A stretch of 64,000 bases of DNA from Squalus acanthias (taxonomy: Eukaryota): assembly GCA_030390025.1 (NCBI GenBank), contig CM059431.1, positions 116,314,001 to 116,378,000 of the forward strand, written 5' to 3'. Position 1 is the stretch's first letter, and each line of letters begins with the position of its first letter. Positions 25,223 to 37,684 of this stretch are shown here, in pieces. Below the pieces are notes generated by a model. That model made no database searches, was not told the origin of the DNA, and saw nothing but the letters and a program-made list of their open reading frames with translations. A program made the translations under genes and the position numbers.

Positions 25223-27394
25223 AATTAAATAAATCTGTTGGACTATAACCTGGTGTTGTGCGACTTCTCATTTTTGTCCACCCCAGTCCAACGCCGGCAT
25301 CTCCACATCATGACCTCTATTTATAAAGCCCAGGATCCCGTATTAAAGAGTTTTTAAAAATGAGTGGTGTAAATTGTACTTACAAATGGTATAACTCATA
25401 TTTAAGACTGGGGAAAATAACTGAATGGCCAAGAAATATAATGGCGCCGTGCCCGTTTTTCAGGTGCAATATGGGTGCCTAAGCAGCCAATATAGCAGGT
25501 TGAGCACACATGCTCATTGGTTAAGCAGGCATCTGCAGCCCGCCCGTCTGATGTAAATGAGGCCCGAAGTCGCACATCGGGTGGGCCTTGGGCCTACCAG
25601 TTCTGGCATAGGGATCGTTTCAATTCCCCCGGGTGCAAACCAATTTCTAGGCCGATGTGTCAATTATCTTCTTCAAATAGGAGCTATTTGGTCTGTCTCA
25701 ACTTTCTTCAATGACTGCAAAGTAACCATCAAGTTAAGCTTGTGGCAAATAAGACAAGTGTCCAAACAGTTCTCCTTTCCTACATTGCAACAGTGACTAC
25801 ACCTCAAAAAGTACTTCATTGGCTGTAAAGCGCTTTGGGATGCCTGGTGGTCGTGAAAGGCCCTATATAAATGCAAGCCTTTCTTTCTTCCTTTCATGGT
25901 TCAGAACTCCTAGACATACAGCAGAAGACCTTCCTTCAGCCCACTTGCAAGATTCAGGACCAATCTGTGAGGTGGATTTGGAGCAAGTGGTGCAGGGGGA
26001 GGTCTCTGGCCTAATACTGAACACTCTAAAGAGGGAGTCAGCTTTATGGTGGACATGTCTCTTTGCTAAAGCTGCTCACATGAGGTTCTCAATTAAGCAG
26101 TTGATAGTGAGTAAGCCATTGGACATGGATGCCCAGAAAATCAAGCTGGTTAGTACATCACAAGCTGTCTTGTGTATCAAATATTTATGGGACTTGGTTG
26201 TTCCTGTGCTATTGGATCAGGAGGAGTATCATTTGTGGACAGCAGCCAGTGAACACGGAATATTTGAGACTTGGAAATGAACATGTATTCTATATTTTTT
26301 GCTTGATTACCAGCCGGATCTGAAATAATGATGCAGAACTTTCCCTGAGGAGAATCCCTAAGGAGAACATAAGAGAAAATCGGGCATGGTCTGTAAAAGA
26401 AGTGGGTTTGATAGGTGAATATATTTTTTGTTATATGCTCATGTTCCCAAAGGAAGAGAAGAAAATTGAAGGATAAATCACCCCAGTCCAATCACTGTAC
26501 TTCTGTAAACACATTCCGCAGAGGCCTAAGAACTGACCTCTTCTTCCTCCTCTTGGTTTCAGAAGGTACTTTGAAGAGGATAAACTAGTGAAGAATAAAG
26601 GGGAGAGAAATTTCTAAAATTTGTTTGAAAAATGAGACAGACAGACAGACAGAGATGGCTTCTGGGTTTGATTCAGCTTCTTATCAGAGCTGGATAACAA
26701 ACAGATTCCACAGAAGCTTCTCTGTTAATTTACATATAGCTTGGTTAATACTTCTGGGACAACAGTAAATGTTTTGGAAATTTATGCAACTTCTTTCAAA
26801 ATTTAGTATTGTTAAGTGAGAGCAATTTATGATTTTCCCGATGACAAGCTGGTGCAAAAAACATATGACGAACTAGAAGGTGCTGCAACAAGACAATTAG
26901 ATCATCTGCCAGACCAGACCAATCAATAGAGCCAAGTGAATTTTTAAAAATCAAAGGAAACCCACGCAGAGGAAAAATCAATGCAGAAGTATCTCTTTAC
27001 TATTATGTAGTGAGTTCTTTTGTTTAGGAAAAGTGACAAGAGAACTTATTCATTTGAACCTTTATTTTGTGCTCAGCAAAAAGAAAAGATGTATTGGCAT
27101 GTTTATGGAACAGAATGGGTGCAATTCTCAACTCTCAAATGCTCATTTTGTGCCTGAAAGATGGGCACCTGGCAGTTGAAAGTCGGGGAGCAGGGGCATC
27201 TCAGCTGTCCCACTGATGCCCAAGGTTAACCCAATGGTGGGTCAGGAAAAGAAAATTGGTGTAAAACAGGCGGCCAATTTATTATCGCTCTATTTGCGCT
27301 ACCGTTGAAGACTAATTTCACCCCCCACTGCTTCCTTTACTTGTAAATTGTTTGTTAATTGGTAGTTCCAAAGACACTGAGAGAAAACTAGACA

Positions 27395-27562
27395 CTAGAA
27401 ATTTCTGTGGGATTTTCCTGATCCACCATAACTTTGGCAGGGTATTGACGGAAAGCCCAGAGAAACGTCAGAAATGGCCGTTTACATTGTTTCTCTGAGG
27501 TTTCCACTAATCTTCTGCTGAAGTTACGGCAGTAGATCAGGGAACACTGTGGAACATCTACC
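27395..27562. mobile_element. Short palindromic MITE-like element
   Basis: The left arm (TTCCTGATC..TAACTT..GGAAA..CAGAGAAAC) is an imperfect reverse complement of the right arm (GTTTCTCTGAGGTTTCC..AAGTTA..GATCAGGGAA). Confidence 0.55.
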
Positions 27563-28396
27563 TCAGAAAGGGACTCACATCAGAGCAGCAGGTTTTACAC
27601 CCCCTAAATTTCCCACTGGAATCCCGCCTCCCCGAACTTAGTTGTGAGCAAATTGGCTGCCATGTTTCCTACATTGCAACAGTGACTACATTTCAAAAGT
27701 ACTTCATTGGCTGTAAAGTGCTTTGGGATGACCTGAGGTTGTGAAAGGCGCTATAGAAATGCGAGTCTTTCTTTTTTTCTTACCTGAGGGTCCCTGCTGG
27801 TGAGGCAGGCGGCTCGAGATTGACTTTTCTCATGGGGTGAGCTGCCTGTGGAGGTGTGACAGTAACTGGAAGCTCGCCCCGAGTATGGAGATGAGGCCCG
27901 AGGACCTGCCGATCTTAGGGCCTCTTGGTTTGGGCAGGCTCTGCTTCTGCAGCTCCATGTCTGGGCCTGAAAACGGGCCCAGACCAAAATCTACCTCGCC
28001 ATTCTTTTCTCTTCAGCTGTTTATATTCTGCTAGGCACTGCATGATATTTATGTTACTTTGACAATGCAAAAATTCTAACAAAGAGCAAAGGAAATATTT
28101 CCCCCAAAGGTTTCAAAAAATGTAGCTGTAATCAAATAATAATTATAGTTAGATTATTATTCCCTACATCCTTCCATTGTCTGTGCAAGTGTCAAAAATT
28201 CAACACACCAGGCATGTAAATCCAGCAGCTTTCTAATTATAATGAACATTAAGTACATAAATCAATGATCACTTTGTCAGCAATGTAGATGTTAGAAACA
28301 TCTGGAGACATGAGAAACAAAAACATCTGGAAGAAGTTCTCTGATGGCCCAGTTGGCTTCCTTGAAGTGAGTTACGCAGTTGTTGCATCTTTTAAA

Positions 28397-29000
28397 GGGG
28401 GAAAAATTGGGTAGCGCCCATTTTGGGGGGCTAACGTCACCAGGGGCAGCGCTACGTAGCGCCGTGTCATTGCAGGCCTCCTCCCCTGATTAAAGGGGAG
28501 GGGCCTAGCGCTGCGACGCACCGGGGCCCTGCCAGACCACCGGGGAGTGGGGTGCCGTGGAAACAGCCCGGCACTCAAGAGGAGTACCGGGCTTAGTGAT
28601 TGCGGCCGGCACCCCGAAAAGAAAAGGGAAAGGGGGCAGGTGCTGGTAGTCGGCCAAAAAGAAATGGTCGCACAACACTTGCCCTTTAAGTAGCGCCGCC
28701 GCATACTACAGACGCTGCATAATCACCCCCCGATCCTGTCGGCCCCATCGCCCGGCGATAGTTCAGGGGGCGCAAGGGAAGTTTGCGGCCGGTGCGCAAA
28801 CGGGGCGCTGCGCACAGCGATGACATCATCATCGCCAGTGCAGCAAAGCGGAGCGCTACTGGCTACTGCCACCGCTAACCTCCCGCTGAATTTCACGGGA
28901 GGTGTTAGCAGCGCCGCGCCTGGGCGCTAGGGCATTTGCGCCCTGTTAGCGCCCCCTGTGGGCGCTAACGGGAGGCACAAATCAACCCAATTTCTCCCCC
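28397..29000. mobile_element. Harbinger MITE
   Basis: TIRs GGGGGAAAAATTGGGT / ACCCAATTTCTCCCCC, similar to the H1 TIRs. GC/CpG-rich interior with TAGCGCC subterminal motifs. Confidence 0.85.
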
Positions 29001-29122
29001 AATTAGTTTTTGTATTGGTTAGTGGCATATAGAGGGTGTTACATGATCATTTACAGACCCATTGGTGCAGTCATTGGCAGAAGCCCCATGCAAAATGGAT
29101 GGAAGCAGCTCAGCTCCATAAC

Positions 29123-29507
29123 CGGCGCACCATGGTTGCAGTGTATACCATCTACAAGATGTGCTGCAGCAACTCACCAAGGCTTCTTCGTCAGCACCTC
29201 CCAAACCAGCGACCTCTACCACCTAGAAGGACCAGGGCAGCAGGTGCACGGGAACACCACCACCTCCAAGTTCCCCTCCAAGTCACACACCATCCTGAAT
29301 TGGAAATATATCGCCATTCCTTCATCGTCGTTGGGTCAAAATCCTGGAACTCCCTCCCTAACAACACTGTGGGAGTACCTTCACCACACAGACTGCAGCG
29401 GTTCAAGAAGGCGGCTCACCACCACCTTCTCAGAGGCAATTAGGGATGGGCAATAAATGCTGGCCTTGCCAGCGACACCCACGTCCCAGGAACGAAAATG
29501 AAAAAAA
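29123..29507 (+). mobile_element. CR1/L2-group LINE 3' fragment
   Basis: ORF 29036..29443 C-terminus is nearly identical to 4056..4565 and ends in an A-rich tail. Confidence 0.85.
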
Positions 29508-30789
29508 ATCCCCGTGTAGCCTTTAAAAACACTGTATACTCTGCACTCTTCAGCAGTCTACTTTAGGACAACTAAGTAAGAAAGCAACAGTGTACCACTC
29601 CAATGAAACCTGGAAGGCAAGACAAGGCTGTCCAGGAGATGCAGTCAGCAGTGGCTCCATGCCAGGTGTCAACTGCTACGAGTTGAGAGGCACCTCAGTC
29701 CCATGACGTTTCTGTACAGCTTGAGGAGCCGACCAACTCCCACGATGGAAAGAGCATTTGAATAGGTGATAAAAGGGCACTTCTGGGCACTCAAGGGAAG
29801 CACAGTATTAGGAATGAATAGGGTGGCTGTTCGCTTGCACCTTGCAATAATTACATTAAAATAAACTGTGCGCTGACATGGTGCTTTGTTATTCATGGGG
29901 TTTACAGTCATACAGTAAAAGGAGTATTCATTTGACTTATTCACTCAGGTGCTGATCACTGGAGAGGTCAAAGAGGGCTGATGTGTTGTCATGTTCTCGG
30001 ATGGGTACTGGATTGAGGGAACATTTCTTTAACTGCAATTGAGGGAGAAGGTGGTCAGGCTGTGGTTCAAAGTTAGACTGTGTTACACAGAAACAAAACT
30101 TCTGAGATGGTGGCCCCGATATTTAAGGGGATGCGGGGAGGGGGAGGGTGAGGGTGAAGCTGAAAATGGCCGAAGAACCCGGAAAGGCCGAGGCCACGGA
30201 GGTCCTGTCAAACTTAACGGCAGGACCTCATTAACATTTTTTAGCTCTGTTTCCCCCCCCCCCCGGCCAAATGGACAGCCCGGCCAGTGAGTGGGAGCGG
30301 CAGGAGGCAGCAGCCGGGAACCCTTGGGGATGGTCCCCGGCAATCAGGAGGTCTGAGCGGCCCACGTTCAGGCGGGTGGAGGCCGAAGGCTTCCTTGAGG
30401 GGCCATGGGAAGAGCTTGTGTTCTTCCTGGCCCACAAGGAGTGCTGAAAGATGCATTTACCTTTTGTTGCCGGCAGCTCTTGCCTCCCTTTCACTGCCGA
30501 GTTTCCCAAACCCTGGGAAACCTGTGCAGCAACAGTCAATTTTAAATTGGGCTCCCAATTGCACTGTGGGAGGCCGATTTAAATATGTTAATGAAGTGCC
30601 CCGCTGTGTTCCGCCTCTCCACGGTGGGACACTCGGATGCACTGATATCCTTTTTTACGGTGGCGGGCACATGTGCGGCATGTTGGGGTCACGTTCCCCA
30701 TTTTTAACTCTTTATCCCCCATCCCCGACCCTCTCCCGCCCATTGTGGAGGGGTTAATATCGATGCTGATCTGTCCTCTGATGCCCCTT

Positions 30790-31150
30790 GCAGCAGTCAG
30801 TGAGGACTCCTTTGAGTGCAGGTCATCCTGATGGTCTACTCTATGTAATTCTGGATCTGACAGAGGAAAGACCTCGTTGCTAACCATGTCAAAGTCTAGC
30901 CCTTCCTGTAATGCGAAGTTCAGAAGGGCAAAGCAATCTATAACTATCCTGGACACCCACTGGCGCTCACTGCAGAGGCCCTCGTAACCTGTCCAGGCAG
31001 TGAAACATCATTTTATTACACCAGTTGTCCGCTAGATAACCAGCTTCATAGATGCCTATGTTTCATAGTACTGCTCCTCTGCTGTTGTTCAGGCCACTCT
31101 GATTTGTGTCATTAGGCATGGGAGAAGGAAGTACACTTTGTCAGCTAGTC
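30790..31150 (-). pseudogene. Degraded Harbinger transposase C-terminal fragment
   Basis: Minus translation LMT..TTAEEQYYET*ASMKLVI*RTTGVIK..FHCLDRLRGPLQ..VSRIVIDCFALLNFALQEG matches LMTP..AE..YN..TR.VIERT.G.LK.RFRCLD.SGG.LQ..CC.LHN. Confidence 0.7.
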
Positions 31151-31469
31151 ATCCGTTGCAGACCCAGGAAACTCCTAGCTTCTACGTCACCAGATCTCAC
31201 TCTGACATATGCAAATAAGCTCAAAAAACACAAGGGAATTTGGGGAAATATTTTAAAGGCACACATGGGCAGATACAACTTTCACTCGATTCTCCTGGCT
31301 CAGAAAGTTTCCTTTGCCATTTATGCGACGTGAATGATCTGGAAATGGCGAGGAAATTCACCTCTGAGGTGTGGCATAGCACTGAGCCATATGGTATTGA
31401 GCCATATGCATCAGGAAAATCCCAGATTTGATCCCTGATCTACAATACGTTAGTCAATTCTAATTTCGC

Positions 31470-33918
31470 TTTTACCGTCTATGCCCTGAGTTTCTCACTG
31501 AGACATCCTCCCTCCTTTCCTACCTCAGCCTCTGTACTGAGCGACTCCTCATCCTCGGTGATTTCAATCTCCATCTAAACTCACCTTTCCCTCTCTCCTC
31601 TGATTTAACTGCCCTCCTGTCCTCCCTTAACCTTTCCCTCCATATAAACTCTATCCATTTTTATGGCCACCTGCTCAACTTTGCCATCTCATGTAACCTC
31701 TCTACTCCCATTGTCTCAATCACAGAAAAGGTAATCTCCGACTACCTCTTTGCATCCCTAACCTCCCACATCACCCTACTCCTTTTCAGCCTAACTTCCT
31801 TCTGCAACTGCCCCTGGGAAAAAACTCTCCTCCAAGTCACTTCCAACTGCACTTTCCAACTCCCAACTATCTAAGCTTTGACTCTTCATTTACCATTCTT
31901 CTGCAGGTATTGATCTGCTCAACCACTCTTTGATGGCCTTGTCCCCCGTAAAATCATTTAGCTTTCCCACCCTGATCATTCCCCTTGTTATGGCTCCTAT
32001 CTTTGTTCATCAAGTCCAAGTTTAAACACATCAAGCACTAGCAGGCCTTTGCTTCCTCTGCCAAAAATGTTCACCATTCCAAAATCATCCTGGAGAGCAA
32101 AGATAACCCTTGGCTTCCTTTCTCCATCACCATCCAGCCCCTTAACCCTCACCTCCAACAAGTATGAGGAGCTGCAGGACGTCTTTGTCATTAAGATTGA
32201 GATCATCCACTCGGCTGCTTCTGCTGCATGCCACCTCCCCCCCACTTCCCCTTACCCACCAGGCTAAACCTCCCCCAAGATCCACGACCTCGCCCTAAAC
32301 CCGTGTCGTTCTCAACTTTCTCTCCTATTTCCCTTCATGGGCTCTCTGAGTTCATCTTTTCCATGACACTCACCTCCTGCTCCCTTGACCCCAGTCACAT
32401 TAAACCGCTAGCCACCCAAATTCCCTTTGGCCCTCCATGCTAGCTAACACTGTAAATTTTTCCCTTTCCTCAGGTACTGTCTCTCTCCCTTTAAAACAGC
32501 CATCATCACACCCCTCCTCAATAAACCAATCTTTGACCCCTTGCAAGCCATCTCCAATTTCACTTTCATGTTGTTGCCTCCCAAATCCATACCCATCTTT
32601 CCCGCAACTCCATATTTGAATCTATCCAATCAGGTTTCTGACCTTGAGGCAGCACTAAAACGTCCCTAATCAGGACCATAAATGACATCCTCTGTGACTG
32701 TGACCATGGTGCATCTTGTCCTTCTCCACCTCCGTCTCTGACACTGACAACCACACCACCCTCCTCCAATGCCTCTCTTCCATTGTCTAGCTCAGTGAGA
32801 CTGCCCTTGCTTGGTTCCACTCTTACCTATTTAATTGTAGCCAGAGCATCTCCAGCAATGGCTTTTCTTCCCACCCCACACTGTTACATCTGGAGTCCCC
32901 CAAGGATGCATCCATGGCCCCCTTCTCTTCCTCATCTACATGCTGCCCCTCGGTGACAACTTCCGAAGACATGGGTAAGCTTCCACATATACGCTGATGA
33001 CACCAGCTCACCTCGCTACCATCTCTCTCAATCCCTCCACTGCCTTCGTGTTGTCACCCTGTTTATGGGACATCCAGTTTTGGATGGGCCACAATTTCCT
33101 CCAGTTAACCATTGAGAAGACTGAACCCATCATCTTCAACAACTGCCACAAACTTTGTATCTTCCCCATCGATTCCATGCCCCTTCCCAACCACTGTCGC
33201 CGTTTGAACCAGACAGTTCGCAACCTTAGTGTCCTATTTGACCCCGAGCTGAGTTTCTGATCCTAAATCCTATCCAACACAAGGACCGCCTACTTACACC
33301 TCCATAACATTGCCAGTCTCCACCCCTGCATTAGCCCATCTGCTGCTGAAACCCTCATCCATGTCTTTGTCACCTCCAGACTCGACTATTCCACTGCTCA
33401 ACTGGCTGGCATCCCATCCTCCGCACTCCATAAACTTAAACTCATCCGAAACTCTGCTGCCCGCATTGTGTCCCGCACCAAGTACCCCTTATCCCTGTGC
33501 TCGCTGACCTACATCTGCTCCCGGTCCCCAAGTTCCTCAGATTTAACATTTTTATCCTCATGTTTACATCCCTTAGTGGCCTCCCCTTCCCTATCTCTGT
33601 AACATTCTTCAGCCCTACAACTCTCTGAGAACTCTGCGTTCCTCCAAATCTGTCCCCTTGTACATCCCCCATTCCTTTTGACCCACCATTGGCAACTGTG
33701 CCTTCATCCATCTAGGCCGTACATCTGGAAATCCCTTCCTAAAACTCTCCACCACTCTTTCCTCCTTTCAGACCCTCCTTAACACTGATCCTATCCACCA
33801 AGCTTTTAGTCACTCCTTCTACTATCTCCTTATGTGGCGCACCGTCAATTTTTGACTGATTACACTCTTGTGATGCGCCTTGGGATGTTTTCCTACATTA
33901 AGGGCCTATATAAATGCA
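31470..33918 (+). mobile_element. L2 LINE, degraded (tail continues to ~34300 after the Penelope insertion)
   Basis: C/T-rich strand with LILGDFN, QSGF, SGVPQG..GPLLF.IY, YADD (~32989-33000), LFDPELSF and SRLDYS. The L2 tail reads CCTTGGGATGTTTT..TATATAAATGCAAGTTGT. Confidence 0.88.
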
Positions 33919-34276
33919 TGATGTGGAGATGCCGGCGTTGGACTGGGGTGGACAAAAATGAGAAGTCGCACAACACCAGGTTATAGTCCAACAGATTTAT
34001 TTAATTTTACAAGTTTTCGGAGCGGTTCGCTCCTTCCTCAGGTAGGGTAGCAGTGAGAGAATCTCCCAGAATTCACAATATAAACACAGAGAAAATCTAT
34101 TCAAATCTTTCCCTGTAGGGAAAGATTTGAATAGATTTTCTCTGTGTTTATATTGTGAATTCTGGGAGATTCTCTCACTGCTACCCTACCTGAGGAAGGA
34201 GCGAACCGCTCCGAAAGCTTGTAAAATTAAATAAATCTGTTGGACTATAACCTGGTGTTGTGCGACTTCTCATTTT
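33919..34276. mobile_element. Penelope insertion made only of two inverted terminal-repeat copies (near-perfect palindrome)
   Basis: Arms 33954-34114 and 34117-34277 are reverse complements. A 35-nt extension occupies 33919-33953. TSD TATATAAATGCA at 33907-33918 / 34277-34288. Confidence 0.93.
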
Positions 34277-34412
34277 TATATAAATGCAAGTTGTGCTGTT
34301 GATAGAATTTGAAACCTTCAATCCGATCACTGCCCTGCAATCCACTTTCATCCATCCAGTACCCTCTATCTTTACATAGCAAACATTCACATATTTTAGC
34401 AATAGAACACGT

Positions 34413-34772
34413 GGGGCAACATGGTGGCATAGTGGTTAGCACTGGTGCCTCACAGCGCCAGAGACCCGGGTTCAAATCTGGCCTCGGGTGACTGTCTGTG
34501 TGGAGTTTGCACATTCTCCCCGTGTCTGCGTGGGTTTCCTCCGGGTGCTCCGGTTTCCTCCCACAGTCCAAAAATGTGCGGGTTAGGTTGATTTGGCTAT
34601 GATAAATTGACCCTTAGTGTTAGGGGGGGATTAAATATGTGGGGTTACGGGGATAGGATGGGATATGTTAGGGGGAATTAAATATGTGGGGTTATGGGGA
34701 TAGGGTGGGATATGTGTCGGTGCAGGCTCGATGGGCCGAGATGACCTCTATCTGTACTGTGGGGATTCTGTG
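34413..34772 (+). mobile_element. tRNA-derived V-SINE (HE1-like)
   Basis: A box TGGCATAGTGG, B box GGTTCAAATC, V-domain and a local ~40-bp tandem duplication at ~34620-34715. A CR1 3' tail with (TTTCTATG)n follows to ~34898. Confidence 0.88.
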
Positions 34773-36315
34773 TGAGGGAGCAGGGACAGGGTACTGGATT
34801 TGGATGATCAGCCATGATCGTATTGAATGGTGGAGCAGGCTCGACGGGCTGAATGGCCTACTCCTGCTCCTAGTTTCTATGTTTCTATGTTTCTATGTAA
34901 CACCTCATGGTTTCTATTGTGCTACGACTTTTAGGCCACTCTTGAGGATGAACATACCTCCTTATAACCATGCATTTATAAACTATTTAGTCAACGTCAC
35001 TGGAAGAATAAAATTCAGCTGTACCAATGAGTATGACAGAGCTTTTCTTACCACTTACATATTTGCCAGAAGATAAAGAAACACTCATTAGCATTTTTAT
35101 ACAAGTATAGTGATGGACTTTGATGCTAATTGAGGTTTTTTTTTCTATTAGGAGAGCTACACAGCTCCTTTTCATGTACTGCCTCTTATCAGCCCTGGGG
35201 TACTGTCTCAGGCATCCAGTTATCAGCAGAATGTTCAGTATCACTTTCTGCATTTTTTATTTTTCACCGCATGTTCTATAATACTGTGCATCAAATCCAA
35301 TGCACCAACCCACAGGCACGGTACTTATCTGTAGTCCTTCAGCTCACAATATGGAATGAGCAGTGCAGCCTCTTCTTAGGCTATTACATTCTTTATCAAA
35401 CTAACGCTGTTGAGTAGGAAGAATGCTGTGCTTTCATTCTTCAAAATGATTTAAGGGATTAGGGAAGGGGAAAATTCGTCACAAAGCATTTTTTTTTTGA
35501 TAATCTGTTTTTATAATCCCTCCCAATCACATTAGGAGAGGGAAATTGAAGACTGCACTTATTAATCTTAAAGCATTTGCCATTTCATGATTTCTAAACA
35601 ATATCAGATTTATTGTGAGCTATATTTTAAAGCACTATCCTAGGGATTATACATTATTAAACACCAATTCAAATGTAACAATTGAAACCAGGATCTGCTG
35701 TCCCTTTCTCTGTTTGATTTATGGAGTCCTCAGCCATACAATAAAATAGTGGGACTGCTGTCATTATCGCTTCCTTGTACAAATCAAGTGCGAACTGCCA
35801 CGCAGACAGTGGGGGGAGAAATTCGGTACCTTAGCGCCTCCAGTTAGCACCTGGCGGGGCGCTAACGGGGCGCTGAGGCAGTAGTGCCGCGACAAAGCGA
35901 ATCCAGCGGCGCACGGCAAATTTGGCCCCCCCATAGCGCCACCACTACGAGTTAGTGCCGGGGACTTCAGCAGCAGGCAGATCGTGACGTCAGCGAGCGT
36001 GCAACGCTCACTGGGCGCCCGATCTGCCAAATTGAGTATCGCCCCCTGCATTCGCACCTGGTCCCAACAGCGACAGGGAGAGGGAGGCATCAAGCAGGCG
36101 GATGACGGTTCCAGGGACGCTATTTAAAGGGATCATGAGTAATGAGTCACAGCTGTCAGGTTAGTGCCGCTTCACTGCTCCCTTGTCAGTTTGACATTGA
36201 GCAACAGTTTAATTCAGTCACTTAAAGGTTGTTTAGTCTCCGGAGTGTTGTGGCTACTAAAAATTAGTTACATTTATTCTCACAGCATATCAAAGTGCTA
36301 CACTTGGTTACATTA

Positions 36316-37619
36316 ATGTGGGCTGTACTGGCAGTCGACCTCACCTTCCAGGATCTACGGCGGAGGCAGCGCAGGCAGCGAGAAAGATTGGAACATGTGT
36401 CCAGAGGGAGGAGGAGGGCCGTGAAGGCTCTGAACAGGAGGCCTTACCCTCCAAGGGTAATCCAAGAGCACTTCTACCTCCAATTAAGCGAGGAGCAGTG
36501 TATTAGAAGGCTCTGCCCCACCAAGGAGGTGGTCACAGAACTCTGCCACCTCCTGCAACCAGACCGCGAACCTCAGATCAGGACGACCACGGCTCTCTCA
36601 ATGGCAGTCAAGGTCGCCGTCGCCCTCAATTTCTTCGCCAGCGGATCCTTCCAGTCTGCAACAGGAGATATAGTGAACATCTCCCAGTTCACCATCCATT
36701 GCTGCATCCGGGAGGTCACAGAGGCTCTCTACAGTGGAAGGGACTACATTTTCTTTCCCATCACCAGAGAGAAGCAGGACGAGCGTGCATGTGACTTTGC
36801 CAGGATAGCGGGATTCCCCATGGTGCAGGGCGCCATTGAATGCACACACGTGGCTTTGCGGGCACCGCATAACAATCCTGAGATCTTCCGTAACCGCAAA
36901 GGCTACCACTCACTTAATGTGCAGTTGGTGTGCGACCACACACAGCAAATTCTCAATGAAATGCCCACTATCCTGGCAGCAGCCACGATGCCTTCATCCT
37001 GCACCAGACCGGTGTGCCAGCACTCTTCCAGCCATCACATCAAGCTTGCGGCTGGCTGGTCGGAGACAAGGGCTATCCGCTCTCCACCTGGCTCATGAGT
37101 TCCCTCCGCAACCCCAACACTCCGGCCCAGCACTCATATAATGAGAGCCATGCCACCACCAGGAACATCATCGAGCAGACTAGCGGGGTACTCAAGCAAC
37201 GGTTCCACTACCTTGACAACTCGGGAGGAGCCCTCCAGTACTCAGCTGAGCGGGTGTCCCATTTCGTCGTGGTCTGCTGCATGCTGCACAACTTGGCCAT
37301 TGTGAGGGCCCAGCCCTTGCCACCAGGGATTGCAGGACCACCTCAGGAGGTTGAAGAGGGAGAGGAGGAGGAGGACGAGGATGAGGAGGAAGAGGAAGAA
37401 GAGGAGGACGAGGAGGATGAGGAGGAGAAAGAACAGGAGCGAGGGAGGAGGCAGCCACTCAATCGGCCTTCCGGAAGGGCGGTCCATGAACACCTCATCA
37501 GACTGCGGTTCCAAGAAATTAAACCCCAGATCCCCATTGCTCACCACATCCCCATCATTCCATCCCCATTGCAGGTCATATCACAGTGCAAAGCTGAAAT
37601 GAGACACACCACAAAATAA
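36316..37619 (+). pseudogene. Harbinger DDE transposase (frameshift ~36958; first catalytic Asp reads Glu)
   Basis: [43 protein letters not shown], then GDKGYPL..WLM, RNIIEQ, CCMLHN and a poly-Glu tail. Confidence 0.92.
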
Positions 37620-37684
37620 TCCAAACTGAATTATTAATTTATCAATAATCAGTTAACACATATTTACAACAACAATATTAACTA

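Larger units (their letters stand above)
22755..25313 (-). mobile_element. Penelope-like element (Neptune-type), 5'-truncated, with an inverted copy of its 3' part
   Basis: Minus copy ~22752-24474 plus an inverted plus-strand copy 24478-25312. Flanked by the duplication CCTCTATTTATAAA (22741-22754 / 25314-25327). Confidence 0.95.

Noticed and set aside
34413..34490. tRNA gene
   Set aside because: It is the tRNA-derived head of a V-SINE, continuing into the SINE body; the same holds for the heads at ~13050-13121 and ~56700-56773.
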